Origin: Macrostomum lignano
Taxonomy: Eukaryota
Reading direction: 5' to 3'
NCBI GenBank assembly: GCA_002269645.1
Contig: NIVC01002705.1
Coordinates: 62,001-126,000, forward strand
Length of the DNA stretch: 64,000 nucleotides
A program made the translations under genes and the position numbers. Shown here one piece after another: positions 1 to 13,820 of this stretch. How positions within the stretch are numbered: the stretch's first letter is position 1; the number at the start of each line of letters is the position of its first letter. The notes below the pieces were generated by a model. The model had not been told where the DNA came from and did not search any database. It was given only the letters and a program-made list of their open reading frames with translations.

Positions 1-1518
1 TTAGCACCCCTATACTATTTAAAATCATTAGATTCTTCAATACTAAATAAAATGTCATTAAATTAAGCAAATAATGACATTATAATTATGCCATCTCATA
101 ATCATTGGCCCATCAGTAAGTTGAAAAACAGATAACTATAAAATTTTTGCTCAAGTCTATAATATTTAGTAGGTACATTTATAATATGTTTATAAATTGT
201 ATAAAGGTTCCATGATTCAAAATTTATTCATAATTATGAAACCAATATGATTACTGTTCTAATACTAAACTTGTTTAAAATGCTATACAACTATTTATAT
301 AGCCAAAAACTTATGTTACTAAGTGGATAATTATACTGATTAATAAATTAGATGAAGTGATAAAAAATGAATCCTAAAAAATAAATCTTGAATTCATTTA
401 TCTTTCATTTAACAGATAAAAGTATAATTTACATATGAGCATTCAATTTTATTTTTCGTATCTAATGCTTAGTAAAATGAACAAATAAAAGACGAGACAC
501 GGAAAAGTAAGCATAAAGTTTATGAAAATTGAATGAATTCAAACAACCAAAGAGAAATAAGTAATAAACCATACTAAGTATAAAAAGTAAAAGTAAAAAC
601 TTCTGTATTCTAAGCTAGAAGTCCTTCAGTTCAACGTAATTTTCTTCTAATAAAGTTTAAATTTTTAAAACATAATAAAGTATAGTTTGAAGAATTTTTT
701 CCTTAAGGACGTCAAATTTTTATAAGCAATATAGGGGTGTTTCAACACAAAAAATTAATCTCGTGAGAACACCTGATCGTATATAAATATAATTAACACA
801 CAATCGTCAATATATCAAGGTCTAGTCAAAGCGTTGAAAAAGTTTTAAATATTTTCCCATGCAGCCGGCACGATTGCGCGAAAATTAAATGTATTAAAAA
901 AATACAGTTTCACATCAATCGACGCTAAAACTAGGCGCAGATACATGTAAAATATTTTTTTTATAATGAGTTACTTTTTGCTTGTAATACCAGCATCACA
1001 ACAAATACTATTAAAAAGTTTTTGTTATATTGGGTAAAACAGAAAATTCTAGTGGTTTGAAACCTTCTATGAAATACTTCAAGTACATGTCATGATGTAG
1101 TACTGTAGCTGAAACTTGAATTTGGGTTGCTCTGCGTCATTCAATTGCATTTATGTACCTTCTGGAAGTTTCTAGTAATTTATGTAGGCTTTTCTTCGGA
1201 AACCGCGAGAACCAATTTTAGCTGTTTTTACCCAATATTTTGAATTCATAACTGCAAACGAACCAAGACTATCGATACATAGTGAAAATAAGAATGCTTG
1301 GGAAGTTCTAACAAGCTTAAACAGTTACAAGACTCTCAAATTTAACATTTTAATCCCTGTTTTAGAAGTACTTTCACAGCCGTCGTCTCAATACTTTTTG
1401 GTAGATTCTAGGTAGAATTAGTTTGTTTCAAGAAACACCCCGATCTACATATGTACTAAATAATGCACAAATCAACCAGACTCCAGAGCAGACAGTCATG
1501 AATCCAACTGCTGTTCCG

Positions 1519-2795
1519 TTATGCATGGTAGTAGCACTGCATAACCATATGTGGACGTTTGTTTTGCTGCAGGTGATCCGTTCTCCACCTTGGCTGGCCA
1601 CGAAACAGACGCACCCCAGCAGCTCGGTCGGTGCCACCGGCACCTCCGTTCCTAGCTTCTGTTGCGTGCGCACCAAAACAAGGTGCAATGTTTAGCCAGC
1701 AGCGGCGTAAGCGAAGTCGAAGTCTCACACGAAATTCTGCACTAGAGCCGCAATAGACGACAAAGTTAACTAAACTGTCCACCAGCATTAGAAGGTTCAG
1801 TATGCGAGTGTTGCAGCGTCGATTTTTTATAAATCGAAGTAGGGCACACACAAATGTTGGACAGTTAAGCGATATAAAAACCAGCGACAGCGGCAGTACT
1901 ATTCTTGTAGCGCGCATGCACAGGTAGGCCGATACTGACGAGGAGCGCCGCTTTGCGAAGGTGATAGCAATTACACCAACAGAGCTGACGCCCACAAGAG
2001 CCACTGGGAGGGCGCGTGAGAAGATGAAACGACCTAATCATTGAGGGCATTGAGGTTCATTTTAATTTAGGCAGATTTCCATCTTCTGGAAATAATTATT
2101 TGAATAAGAAAATTTTCTACATGTCGCTGCATGTACTAAAGAAATATATTACCGAGGCGCAAGTGCGCCAGTAGCGCAGCAGGTAATCCGTTATTCGGAA
2201 CCAGGTAAACCTCATCTCTGCCGCACTGAACGAAGCGGTTCATAAAGAAGCTGCCGGTAGAATCAGCCAACGATAGCACCGCCAGAATGCCGATTGCCCA
2301 GCGATTTACCAGTGGCCGGCGGAGCACGCGCCATCGGCCAGACGGCGAGCACAGCAGCGTCTCTAGACGGGCGGCGGACAGCAGGACGATCTGCCAGTTG
2401 CGCAGGCGCAGTCCTAGATTATTGAGAGTGGCACCAATGGTGGCCAAACGCAGCAGCGGCAGGCAGAGTCCCGGTCGAGGCACCGGAGCGGCAAACATGC
2501 AATCTGTCGGCAGGTGAATGGCAGCCAGTAGGAGGTAGCCAGAGTTGCAGATGATCTCGCCGATGCACAGCCAGCCGAGGTTCAACCAGAGAGAGCGGTT
2601 GTGACCGCGCATATCAGGGAAGACAGTTAGAGCGGCTGCGTTGAGACAGACGCCAAGCAGGGCGAGCACGGCAGCGCAGGCGTACTCAAGCTGGTAGTCC
2701 GGCCTGCTCGAGCAGCCGTAGCACTGGCTTCTCAGCCGGGCTCGGCTGCAGTTTCCTGTCGCAGTTTCGAACAGAATCGCTCCGAAGTCTGACAT
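1519..2795 (-). CDS. Class A (rhodopsin-like) GPCR, peptide/FMRFamide-receptor-like orphan; 2 exons, complement(join 2153..2795, 1519..2033), 385 aa
   Basis: ORF 2136..2795 gives TM1-TM4 and ORF 1519..2004 gives TM5-TM7 with VNFVVYCGSSAEFR (NFxxY). GT donor at 2152-2151 and AG acceptor at 2035-2034 join in phase 1 (LRLG|RFIFSRALPV). Confidence 0.8.
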
Positions 2796-3381
2796 TGGCC
2801 TGGCGTTGAGTTTACCGGATTCGACCGGTTTCTTAAGCCGGCTGCAAGCTGCCTACAACCGTATATAAGATAAGAAGATACACAAAACACAGACATGCGT
2901 AGGAGGAAGCAGGATGCAGGATGTCATTTTTTATACGGATTCAGAAAGGAGGAGACAGCGATATGAGCAAACACGACTGGGACTTGCTTGGGGAGAGGAT
3001 TGGGGAGGCCGCTTGTTAGCCTGGGCTTTTTGCCGAGCAAACACAACAGCAACGAGCGATCGGCCCGGGTCTTATCAACGGCAAAGGCGGGGGGCTCAGG
3101 GAGCGACAGATGTAAGCGCGTTGGCCGCCGAACCGCGCAAATTTGTCCAATAAATTTCCAATCGATCACTACATCAGTCAGAGAGAAAATCGACTGCAGC
3201 TGTTAATCCGGCACGCACGTGCGACTGTCCGTCAGCCCATTAGTTAGCTCCCGCCCTGATTTTCCACTCCTCGGGTTTGACTTATGTGTACAGTTCTTGC
3301 CCAAGCCTGTGTTTGCGGTTGAATATGAAAGTGACTTTTTCATCCACTTCTAAAACTTGCTCTTGCATTGTTTGATACATG

Positions 3382-4386
<1,005 letters not shown>

Positions 4387-4984
4387 GTCGAAGCTTGTGC
4401 GACTCCAGTTAACAAGCTTTCGTGGCGTTTTACTTATCAAACACAAAAGGGATTTAAGCACAATAGACTTCCATTGTAAATCGCAAATGAGCCTCAATTG
4501 ACAATGTGACAATGCCAAGACCCTCTGTTTCACTTTCAAATTGAATAGAAGAAGAGTTCTCCTTAGCGCGGCTTGAGAGGATGGCAGGTGAGAGAACCCC
4601 TGAGGCTAGAAAAAAAAAGTTTTTCGTGGCAATTCCACTAAAAATTCCGTTTCCTATCCAGTTTTCTGACTTGATGCGTCTCTGAGAAAGGCGAAGCGAT
4701 AAGCAACAAAAAATTCCTGCCAGTAAAACAAAGGAGCCCTGTCGTTGGCAATGGACTGATGCATACTTGAAAAGTAGGGAAAGGAAAGGTAGAAGAAAAG
4801 AAACCTCTTCCTTGATGAATGGGTGAAGTGCTTTTTATTGGAATTTATAACTGGTCTATGTAGATGCAACATTATACTAGTGTTTCATTTCTGCAAAAGC
4901 AAAACAGGAATGGAATGAAAATATTAAAGGGGTAGCTATGGTCTATTTTGCTGCTTTTATAGCTGGTACTACTCGTACAGGCGA

Positions 4985-5105
4985 TGTGAGGACAGGCGCC
5001 CTACAGTTGAGGACAGCCGCCTTACAGGAGAGGACAGGCGCCCTACAGGAGAGGACAGGCGCCCTACAGGAGAGGACAGGCGCCCTACAGGAGAGGACAG
5101 GCGCA
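4985..5105. repeat. 21-bp minisatellite (gaggacaggcgccctacagga), about 6 copies
   Basis: Direct tandem copies visible. Confidence 0.9.
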
Positions 5106-5813
5106 CATTGGGCGTTACGCCGACTGCCCTCTAGCTGACGCCGGCGCCTAATTTTGTTGACGGTGTGGCCTTCAATTAACAATTTTGCCCAAATTTTTTT
5201 GTTAGTATTGCTGCTATTGTTAAAGAGTAAGGCTGAGTCACTTTGCATGTGCTACTACGAGTGGTACGTTAATGAAAATGATTAAAATTAGCTCGTGATA
5301 AGATAGATAGATAGATAGTAAAGACAGTAAGACACCAAAAAAATATTCAATTACTGAATTGTATTGATAGAAACTACGGTTAACCATGTCTGAACCAACA
5401 CTCGACAGTCACTAAAAGGCATTATTGAACACTACAGCGTGACAAAATCACTGTACGATTATTTTGAGTAAGAAAATTATCCTACGCGTATTGCTTTCAG
5501 AAGAGTCCGTGCAGCCGAGGGAAAAGCTGTACGTCTAGAAAGCGGTATAACGGTAGGAGAATATATGATTAGCTACACAATAAAGACCTTGCAGTGCTAT
5601 TTTTAGCTCTATTTTTAAACAAGCAGGAAAGTTAAACTTCGGAGAAAAAAGTATGCACGATATATTGGATGTTAAATAACATTCGATTTAAGGAAACAGC
5701 ACAAAACGATAGACCAGTTTTAGCAGATAGGCAAGCAATTCTTCCCTTTTGCAAAGTACCCTCGTATGATAGAAATTTGGATATCGATCGAGTGATTTTT
5801 TCTTTGATCAGTA

Positions 5814-6847
5814 TCAACAAGCTGGCGTCAGCAGGCACTCAAACGTCTGCATCGAGTAGTCAGGACTCAACGGGTACGCTGACCCGGCGTACACGTAGAC
5901 CAGACCTTTCCACTCCTGGCCTGAGGCCGTCAGATTCAGGGCTTCCGGTGGATAAAAATAAACACGGTTCGGATCGAAGCTGACACACGATCGGTACCAC
6001 CAGGCGCTGTTGTACATCCCAGCACACGAGGCGATGTTCAGGTCATTGTCCGAGTCGATAGTGGAGAACCTCATTCCGTCCATCGACCGACCGTCATCGA
6101 GTGGAACCTGACCGACATTCGATCGGGCGGTGTCCAGAGGGCCCATACTCACCCTGAACTTGTCAGACGCGTCCGACACTGAGAAGTGGGTGTTCTCAGC
6201 CCAGTACCAGGTCCCGTTCCAGTCGCTGAACTCCCATCGAACTCTGTAATTACCGTTTCTTGTGAGCTGGTGCAGCTTTTCCAGTCCGATCCAGAAGTTT
6301 GCATTCTCTCCCTGTCCGAACTCGGCCAGGTACTCGTTCCACCCTCGGGAAAATTGCCCTGATGCATCAACTCTGTGCTGGAACGTGGTCCAACAGTCTT
6401 TGATCTCTGGTATCTGTCTAATCTGCAATGAAATAAGAGTTCCTATCTGATCGGACGTGTAATCTTGCAGTAAAGTTCAGTAAGGACTGCTGTTCAGAGA
6501 CAAAGACTCACCCAAACGGTTGGCAATGAGCTGTTTCGGTGATTCCTACACTTCCTGCAGCCAGAACGTCCGAGCTTGCACTTGAACTGTCGGCAGGACC
6601 GGTCGGTTTCGGAGTAGGCGACTGCAGACACCTCGTCGTTTCGCTGGGCCTCAACAATGCAGGCCCAGGAAGTGTAGGGGACGGGACGGAGTCAACTTTG
6701 ACGGAGGCTTGGGACGGAGTCAACTTTGATTAGTAGGTATTCATCGAGATCTTCGTGGACGCTGGTGAAAGTTTTATCAGCGCTGATCAGGACAGAAACG
6801 CTGCAGAACAGCAGCACAGAAGCATAAAGCGTCTGCATAGCACGCAT
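5814..6847 (-). pseudogene. Secreted PAN/apple-like + fibrinogen C-terminal (FReD) protein with an in-frame TGA at codon 52; exons 6512..6847 and 5814..6422
   Basis: Exon 2 is a clear FBG domain (WTTFQHRVD..GWNEY..FG..NFWIGLEKLHQLT..FSTIDSDND..AWWYRSC). ATG 6847 opens a signal peptide (MRAMQTLYASVLLFCSVSVLISA). The same frame continues past TGA 6694-6692 as SWACIVEAQRNDEVSAVAYSETDRSCRQFKC to a phase-0 GTGAGT donor at 6511 that matches the CAG acceptor at 6423. Confidence 0.75.
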
Positions 6848-7074
6848 ACAGAAGTGGGGGCCTTAATTGTTTTCGGTATATTTTTGGGTTAAAATTGTCT
6901 TCTGTTTCTCTACTGCTTGAGCCGGGGATGATCGTTTATTGGTTAATTGTTTCTGCCAAATAAAATTTTTGGCATATAAGTTCCCCAAATGCGGCTCCGC
7001 TTAATTTTCTAATAGTATTACTTCAAGTAGACTGGACCGCATGAGAGAATTTAACCATTGAGTATTTCATTTAG

Positions 7075-7593
7075 GAAGATCCAAAAAATCTTCTCAGAGG
7101 ATCCGAGCCGTCCTCCAGTTCGAAGCGCTGCACGACCGCCAGAGGGCTCAGCTGTGGCAGGCGGTAATCGAAACCGTCCTGCTATACAACACCGAGACGT
7201 GGACGTTGACGGCTACGCTGGAGCGGCAGCTGGACTCGGCGCACTCAGGGCTGCTTCGTGCGGCCTTTCGAGCTGACGAGAGCGTCGGGACCGAGGCCCT
7301 GTACGATCGGGCCAACGCAGCGCCCGTCCACCATCCTGCGCCGGCGGCGACTTCAACTGGTGGGCCACGTGATCCGAGCCGAGGGCTACTGCCCCTAACC
7401 TGTTCAGGACGTCCTGCTGCTAACCTTGCAGGGCCCGTTCAGGTGGGGTCAGGCCCAAACCCGTCGATACTTGGACTTGCCTGCTTTGCTACGCTAGGGC
7501 GCCCGACACTGCCAACGGGGCTCTCAGGCTCTGCGGCGCGCCATCTGACGCGCCCTGCTCTAGCTGTGACCCTGCGTATTTTGTTGTTGTTGT
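7075..7593 (+). mobile_element. 3' fragment of an RTE-like non-LTR retrotransposon with (TTG)n tail
   Basis: Translates to AVIETVLLYNTETWTLTATLERQLDSAHSGLLRAAF..QLVGHVIRAEGYCP, resembling the RTE ORF C-terminus (LLYGSETW..LD), with stops and frameshifts. Ends in ttgttgttgttgt. Confidence 0.7.
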
Positions 7594-8821
7594 CTCAAAG
7601 GATACTAGAACATGTACAAAACAAGTGTCTCATGCATACAGACATTTTTACTCTTTATTACTTTAATTCTTACTTTGAGCGGTACGAGCGTAAGAAAAAC
7701 GTTGAATAGCTTGAGAAAATTGAACAAATAAATGAAATTTCATCGATTTTCTCCTACCATGGGGGAACAATTAGTCATTGTTCTGACGGCGTCGGCACCT
7801 TCAGCAGATGGCACCAGGCGATTATAGATGCCCCCATTTTGAATTTCTCTGATGCGCTGATCAAGCCTCGACAGTGGGCAAGCCTCAACTGCTCGGCATC
7901 CTCATCTAGTTTATTCTCGAGTGCGTCATCAGCGAGATCTGCAAACCGCATCGGACAATGCTTGCGCATTGTGAGACCGTAAACCGAGCGGCAGACTGAC
8001 CTACTTGAGTAGCTGTATGAGGGTGCCCGTCAGAACTTCAAGCCGAGTTGGGCTCTTCTTTAGTTTATATATTAGTCGTGTAAAATGTACATTTTACTGT
8101 GCATGTACGCTGATTTACGTAAATAAAGCCATCAAGTGTTTGGTATCCGAATTCTGATTCAGTCCAAGGACTACTACTACACTAAACGAAGTGTTCCTAG
8201 TGGTCCATGATTCAGTCATGCTAAAGCCAGTAAACTGTTTTAGTCATTATATCAAAGTTTTTTAATGAACCGGATCAGCGAAATGTACAACGCAAAAATT
8301 TTATTTTGATTTAACACGGACTCAACACTTTTCGTGCAGTGTGTTACTTTTTGATTTTGTGTCACCATGCGGGAAGTACATGCCTTTATGGTAGCACGCT
8401 TAGTACACGGAAAAAGTTTGATTGAGCAGATTCACATGCAATTAGGATCAGTAGTAATATAGAATTATGTGCTACATATAGATATAAATCAACTGTAATT
8501 TGCTGTTACAAAATGTAGAAGACAAGTTCTTCGAGCATGGAAGTTCTTAGGGTTTGGCTAACAGCTGCATTAATGGACTGCAGGATGCAGATAGTTAGTT
8601 TTGGGACATACTACACGCATACATGTTCAGTTAAACACACATGAGCAAGACACTTGGGAGAAGTCATCAGAGATACTAAAGCAAGGCAGCAAAAAAGGCG
8701 CCACTAGGGTGTCGGTCTGTTTTCAAGGTGAAAAATGACAGCCCAGCTGTCAGATGATCATGGCGTGTCCATTTAGGTTTTGTATTATGTAGTTATTTAT
8801 ACAGAGGCCGATCGGTCGCAC

Positions 8822-9394
8822 TCAGTGACGCCCGCAGTCAGTCGCTGGTGCCTGTTTGCGATTATCGGCCGAGGCGAAAGCGGGCAGTAGACGCCGCCTG
8901 CTGGGGTCCATGGCAATGTGTGCCCTGTGCTTCCGCTGCTGTCGCTGGCCACGGCTTGAGCGGCTGGCATCGGCTGCGGCTTGAAGCTCCCGCCGATGCC
9001 GACGCTCCCGACGGGCCTCTTCGTCGAGATCCAGCGACTCGTAAGGCGCTTTTGTTTGAACTTCGTCGATGCCGTAGACGGCGAATAGGCGGCGGAGGCC
9101 CCGGCTCGGTAGGCCGCAGAAGATGTTAGCGAAGGCGTTGCGCCGGCTGCGACCCACCGGGCAGTGATCGAAGAGCACCTTGTCGTCCGACTTGACTTCC
9201 TCGCCAAGCAATCGGGCGAGCTTGTTGACGCTGGCTATCTTTGCCGCGGCTAACTGGTCAAGGCCGCTGACGCATTCGTCGTAGCTGCCGCGGCCAGAGG
9301 AACTGGAGGCAGCTCCGGATGAGGCACCGCTGCCGCAGCGGCAGAATCCATCGCGGGCCTTCTTGCCGAGAGCCGATAGAGTCACGTTCTTCAT
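8822..9394 (-). CDS. Intronless hypothetical protein, 190 aa
   Basis: GC-rich, codon-biased ORF with ATG in good context (gaaATGa). TATA box about 100 nt upstream. No family recognised. Confidence 0.65.
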   Translation of the reverse strand: MKNVTLSALGKKARDGFCRCGSGASSGAASSSSGRGSYDECVSGLDQLAAAKIASVNKLARLLGEEVKSDDKVLFDHCPVGRSRRNAFANIFCGLPSRGLRRLFAVYGIDEVQTKAPYESLDLDEEARRERRHRRELQAAADASRSSRGQRQQRKHRAHIAMDPSRRRLLPAFASADNRKQAPATDCGRH

Positions 9395-9492
9395 TTCGTG
9401 CGCTAGTCAAAGTGTCGATAGAGCCGCGTTTGTGCTTGGTGAAGTTGCTTCGTAGCCTAAGCTTGAAGCGTCTACCTCGATCGCGCTGCTCG

Positions 9493-9578
9493 CTTATATA
9501 GACTGAGAAGGGCGGAATTCAGTTGCTAATTTTATCCTCCTAGCTCCCTACTAGTGAGTCACCATCGCTCCGCGTCAT
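9493..9578 (-). promoter_or_regulatory. TATA box (TATATAAG 9500-9493), AP-1 site (TGAGTCA 9555-9561) and CRE/ATF half-site (TGACG about 9574-9578)
   Basis: Motifs read directly, positioned upstream of ORF 8822..9394. Confidence 0.5.
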
Positions 9579-12052
9579 TACAGTAGTAATTGTGAAAGCT
9601 CCGTCGCTGTTCCCCACTCTCCAGCCTTCCTTACCCCCTCAATTGTTAGCAAGCGCACAAGGCATGCCTTAAAAAGTAATTTTCCCTGCCTCGCCTCTCC
9701 ATATTTTTACTCTCAATTCCTTCCTTCCCCTCATCTCCTTCTCATACTTTGGTACTCAGCGTCTACCTGAGCAGGAGGAGGGAGAAGGGAGTCAGCTCAG
9801 GCAGGGCGGCGCGAGGCAACCCTGCTGCACCCAATCCAAACTTTGCATTGAGCATCAAATTAGCCAAAAAAGGTTCAAGCAGCACCTATAGGGATTTGAG
9901 GATGCGGGGTTGAATAGAGATTTCCCCCGCCAATGCGCAGCCCACTTCAGCCTCCTCACATTGATTGAGAGCAAGCAGTTCAAAACGAGAGCGAGCCCAT
10001 ACCTCTGTGAGCATCGATTAAACATGGCTCAGGAGGGGATGACTCAGTGAGCTGGAATGCCTGAGTTTGCACACGCGGCCGCAACTTCCAAATAGGGGTG
10101 GAAGGCAATTTTCCACTTTTTTTCTAATTACAGCACAGCAAGACAGATCAGTGCAGCTGCGTGCCGTCCTCCGCTGCTGGCATGGCAACAACTAGACGCC
10201 AAGCAGCATCAGCTTGCGCTACAATCGCCCACACAACTGTCTGGAGAGCTGCTGGCAGCCGGAAAATTCCAGTAAGGGTGGCCTCTTAAGAGCCTTTAGG
10301 ATTTTTTAGCATTTCCGACAACAAGATAGCGTTGGTCGGTTGCCATGGCGGTTGCCTTTGGATAAATGTATTTCTATACTATGTACTTATAGACATTCAA
10401 TTCAAATCACAGTAATTAATCTGTCATTCGGCTCCCTTACTACTAAGTAAAAATGGTAAGAAGAGCGTTTGACCCGATATCTCTTTACTGAAAGAAAGAG
10501 GCTGATTACATAGTGTGGCTTAGTGGTGGTGCGTTTCACAGCCATGAGGACCAACCAAGGCACAGACAGAGAGTGTACATGCTTTACAATTTAGGGTCGA
10601 TGAGCCCCTCGCTGTGCACCCTGTCAGCGTGTGTTCGAGTGTGTCTGCGTACAGTATTGACGCACTTGTAAGAGCCCGGTATGAGCTCAGGAATGAGCAG
10701 AATTGCCTCAGCGCTGCATGCTTGTGGGACCATGTCGCCAAAGGCGTTACGCCAGTGTGACCCACAACCCTCTTCCGAATATCATTATTATACCATTAAA
10801 TCCACGCGTACAATCTATACTGGATTAGTATTGGGGGCAACATAAGCAAAAACATTATGCCGCAAGGAGCATTTACAGCAAAGACTTCTTGTAGCAGAAA
10901 CTTCTGAAATTCGAGCCCGAAAATATTCTTGTTATAGCGTCTCTCATTACGAGTATAAATTATAGCAGTACAGGAACTCAATTCGAGTTTTCAAATGTAA
11001 CTAATTTCGAATTTACAAGTATGCCCCGATCCTAAAGCTTGAACAATTAGTTTTACGCCCGCTTCTTTCATCTCCTCACGTTTGTTCCTGCAATACGACG
11101 AGATATCGACGACTAAGCCTTCCTTTATTTGTAGCACGTACCGCTACAGGGCCACTGGATCATACAGATGCAACTTCAGTACAACTCCAATATGCATGTT
11201 CATGCCGAATTTTTGCCAGCCTATTCATGTCTTTGTCAGCCGTCGTTTGCCATGCCAGAGATTTGCCAACTAACAATAAGCATCCCATTCTCCCTATTCA
11301 TTGGTACATTAAGTATACATTTCAATACTCTAAATTCATGCACATGCACATGTCATGTACCATGTGACTTACATATACTTTCTGAATGACGCTTAAGCAA
11401 AATACTGTATATGCGGGGCACGTGGGCCGATGGCGTGCTGGCTGGCTATTACTAGGTATCCCACATATATGCGCATGTGTAACTTCGACATGGTCTAAAC
11501 TATACGTTGTGCGTTTCAATAGTACGCAGGCAAGGAGCTGAGGAAAGTTTAAAATGCAGATAATTAGATAGAAATAGAAAACTAATACTGTACCAAAAAG
11601 TAGCTAGCTTTGATTATGTTGAGTTTTTGAAGGCACTGTACATTCATAATAGTAGGGTTCATTCATTCTTCCTTTCTAAGCCGCTAATTTACGTCGACTA
11701 GGACCTGATTCTAAAAATAGTATAGAATTCGATTAAAACAAATTTTAATTAAGAAACTGTTTTCAAGAATTATTTCATTTCTTTTTAAAGTTATTTATTT
11801 ACGTTTAAAGGGTTTTTGAGATTTTCATAGCCATGCATTACTTCTACTAGGATGAGTGTTGCAATCTCAGTCAAGGAAAAAATTCCGGCACGGATCTTTT
11901 TATTTCGTCAATTTTTTTAAGCTCTAGTTTGACATTGGCATGAGGAATCAAGATTTTATGGTTTGTGAAAAGTAATTATTAAGTAGTAATATCATTAAAA
12001 TAATAAAAAAATAAAAACAAGTTGTTATTCATTGACATTGAGTCATTGTCTA

Positions 12053-12246
12053 CAGTGGCGCAACCAGGGGGGGGGGCGGCGGGGGCGGTCGCCCCCCCCC
12101 CTTAGGCGGGGGACCGAAAAAAAATCAAAGGGGGGACCAAGCGAATTTTCGCCAAAAACAGAGCCACCCCTCCGCCGCCCCCCCTCCCGGGACTTTACCC
12201 TCAGAATCCGCCCCCCCCCCTTGAAAAATTTCTGGTTGCGCTACTG
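12053..12246. mobile_element. hAT-like MITE, 194 bp
   Basis: 15-bp TIRs cagtggcgcaaccag / ctggttgcgctactg (1 mismatch); perfect 8-bp TSD attgtcta at 12045-12052 and 12247-12254. Confidence 0.9.
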
Positions 12247-13820
12247 ATTGTCTATGATGTCAGTCTTTTGGTTTGGTTTTAGTAGCCCCCCCCCCCTAGG
12301 ATGGGCGTGGGCGATGGGGGGCTAGCCAGCCAGCTATTGCCTATTGTTTGGAAATCAAATTGACATGTAGTAATTGCAATGTATCTTCCTAAGTAGCAAT
12401 CGTACCATCGTGTATAACTCTATTTCACATAAAAAATATATAATGCAGGATTGCAGGATAGTTTAGTTCAGACATGACTAGGCTAGGCCTAGGCCCCTAT
12501 ACATTGGCAAGTTGAGCTAAATGAGACCAAGTAATGCTGACTGCACCAAGGTCAACTAACAGCTATATAACCTAGTAGTGTAGCATAGGTGTTTTTTAAT
12601 TCATTGCAAACTATCAATCATATTAAAATTTGTTATAATAAATATAAAAAATTATGTATAATTCTAGAGTCTTCAATTATGACTTATTATCTATTTAAAT
12701 ATTCTGTCATCTCCTGCTGCACTGCATTGTTACATTGCTCCATGCTGCACTAACCTAAAATAAAATTACAAAAATGTGAGCTAGACATATCTAAAAACTT
12801 TTTCTATAAGGGCCAATACTACTTTTTTCCAACTTGGCTATTGGCAGTCAAGTTTTTCACAAAAGGCCTCAAGTACTCAATTTGAAACTTGGTGAGTTGA
12901 ATACTCATCTGGCCTGTATTCAGTAATAATCACTATAGATGATTTGCCATTTTTGCTGTTGGTTTGAGTATACAATATTACATTGATTGCTAGTCTCTAT
13001 ATATACTAAAAGTGACAATGTTTGTCTGTCTATATGTTTGTGTATATGTTGCAATTGAACATCTAGACTACTAGAAAGTCAGCATCAAAACTTATAAGAG
13101 AAAACTTCTACTTGTAAAAATCAAAACTGTATATGTGTTTCCCTAGTCTGGCAAGATGTGGAAAAAATAGGTTTCAAAATTAACTAACTTTTGGCTACTA
13201 TAAGTTTGCTCCACATAAAGCAATTGACTTCAAACTTGACACAATTCTTCATTGACTCTTTCTCTGTCTAAATATAAAGTTTCAACATGTGAGGGTTCCC
13301 CAATAGATAGGCCTATTCCCGACAAATATTTTCTCCTTCGAACAGATAATTCAAACAAAAAATGAATTATGTTTCGGGATGCATTACTTACTCTGATGCC
13401 ATATTCAGCTTTAAATTTTTTAGACAAAAATTTTATGTCTTAAAGAAAAAAATATTGGTACAAATACAAAGTGTGTCAAAACAAATTTTATCACACATTC
13501 CTTACAAAAAAATTCTCACGCCAAAGAACTTATGAAGTAATGGAAACAATTAATTTTTTGTCAGTTTCTGACGCATGTCTCAGCTTTGTAATGACACCTT
13601 AGACACATGTCTTTAGACACTTTTTCTAAGAGTTGTCCTTGTAGAAAATTTTTGCTTTAGGAAATTATGCAATATATAAAAATACTATGATTATTTATTT
13701 TACTGAATTCTAAATAAACATTGGATTGAATAAAATCTTCATGAACGCAGCGCCTCTCGCGCCCGCCCAATTAGCATCAACCAGCCAGCATAGATCAGTC
13801 AGCACCGCCACTATCCAATC

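Noticed and set aside
1-1400. AT-rich block with a 12-bp inverted match (agcacccctata near 3 / tataggggtgtt near 733)
   Set aside because: Too short and imperfect, truncated by the window edge; could be chance.
7780-8181. Possible solo LTR (TG..CA ends, AATAAA, upstream purine tract)
   Set aside because: No matching TSD, weak terminal inverted repeats and no second copy in the window.
10500-11520. Short ORFs and splice-like motifs
   Set aside because: No consistent open spliced frame or recognisable domain.
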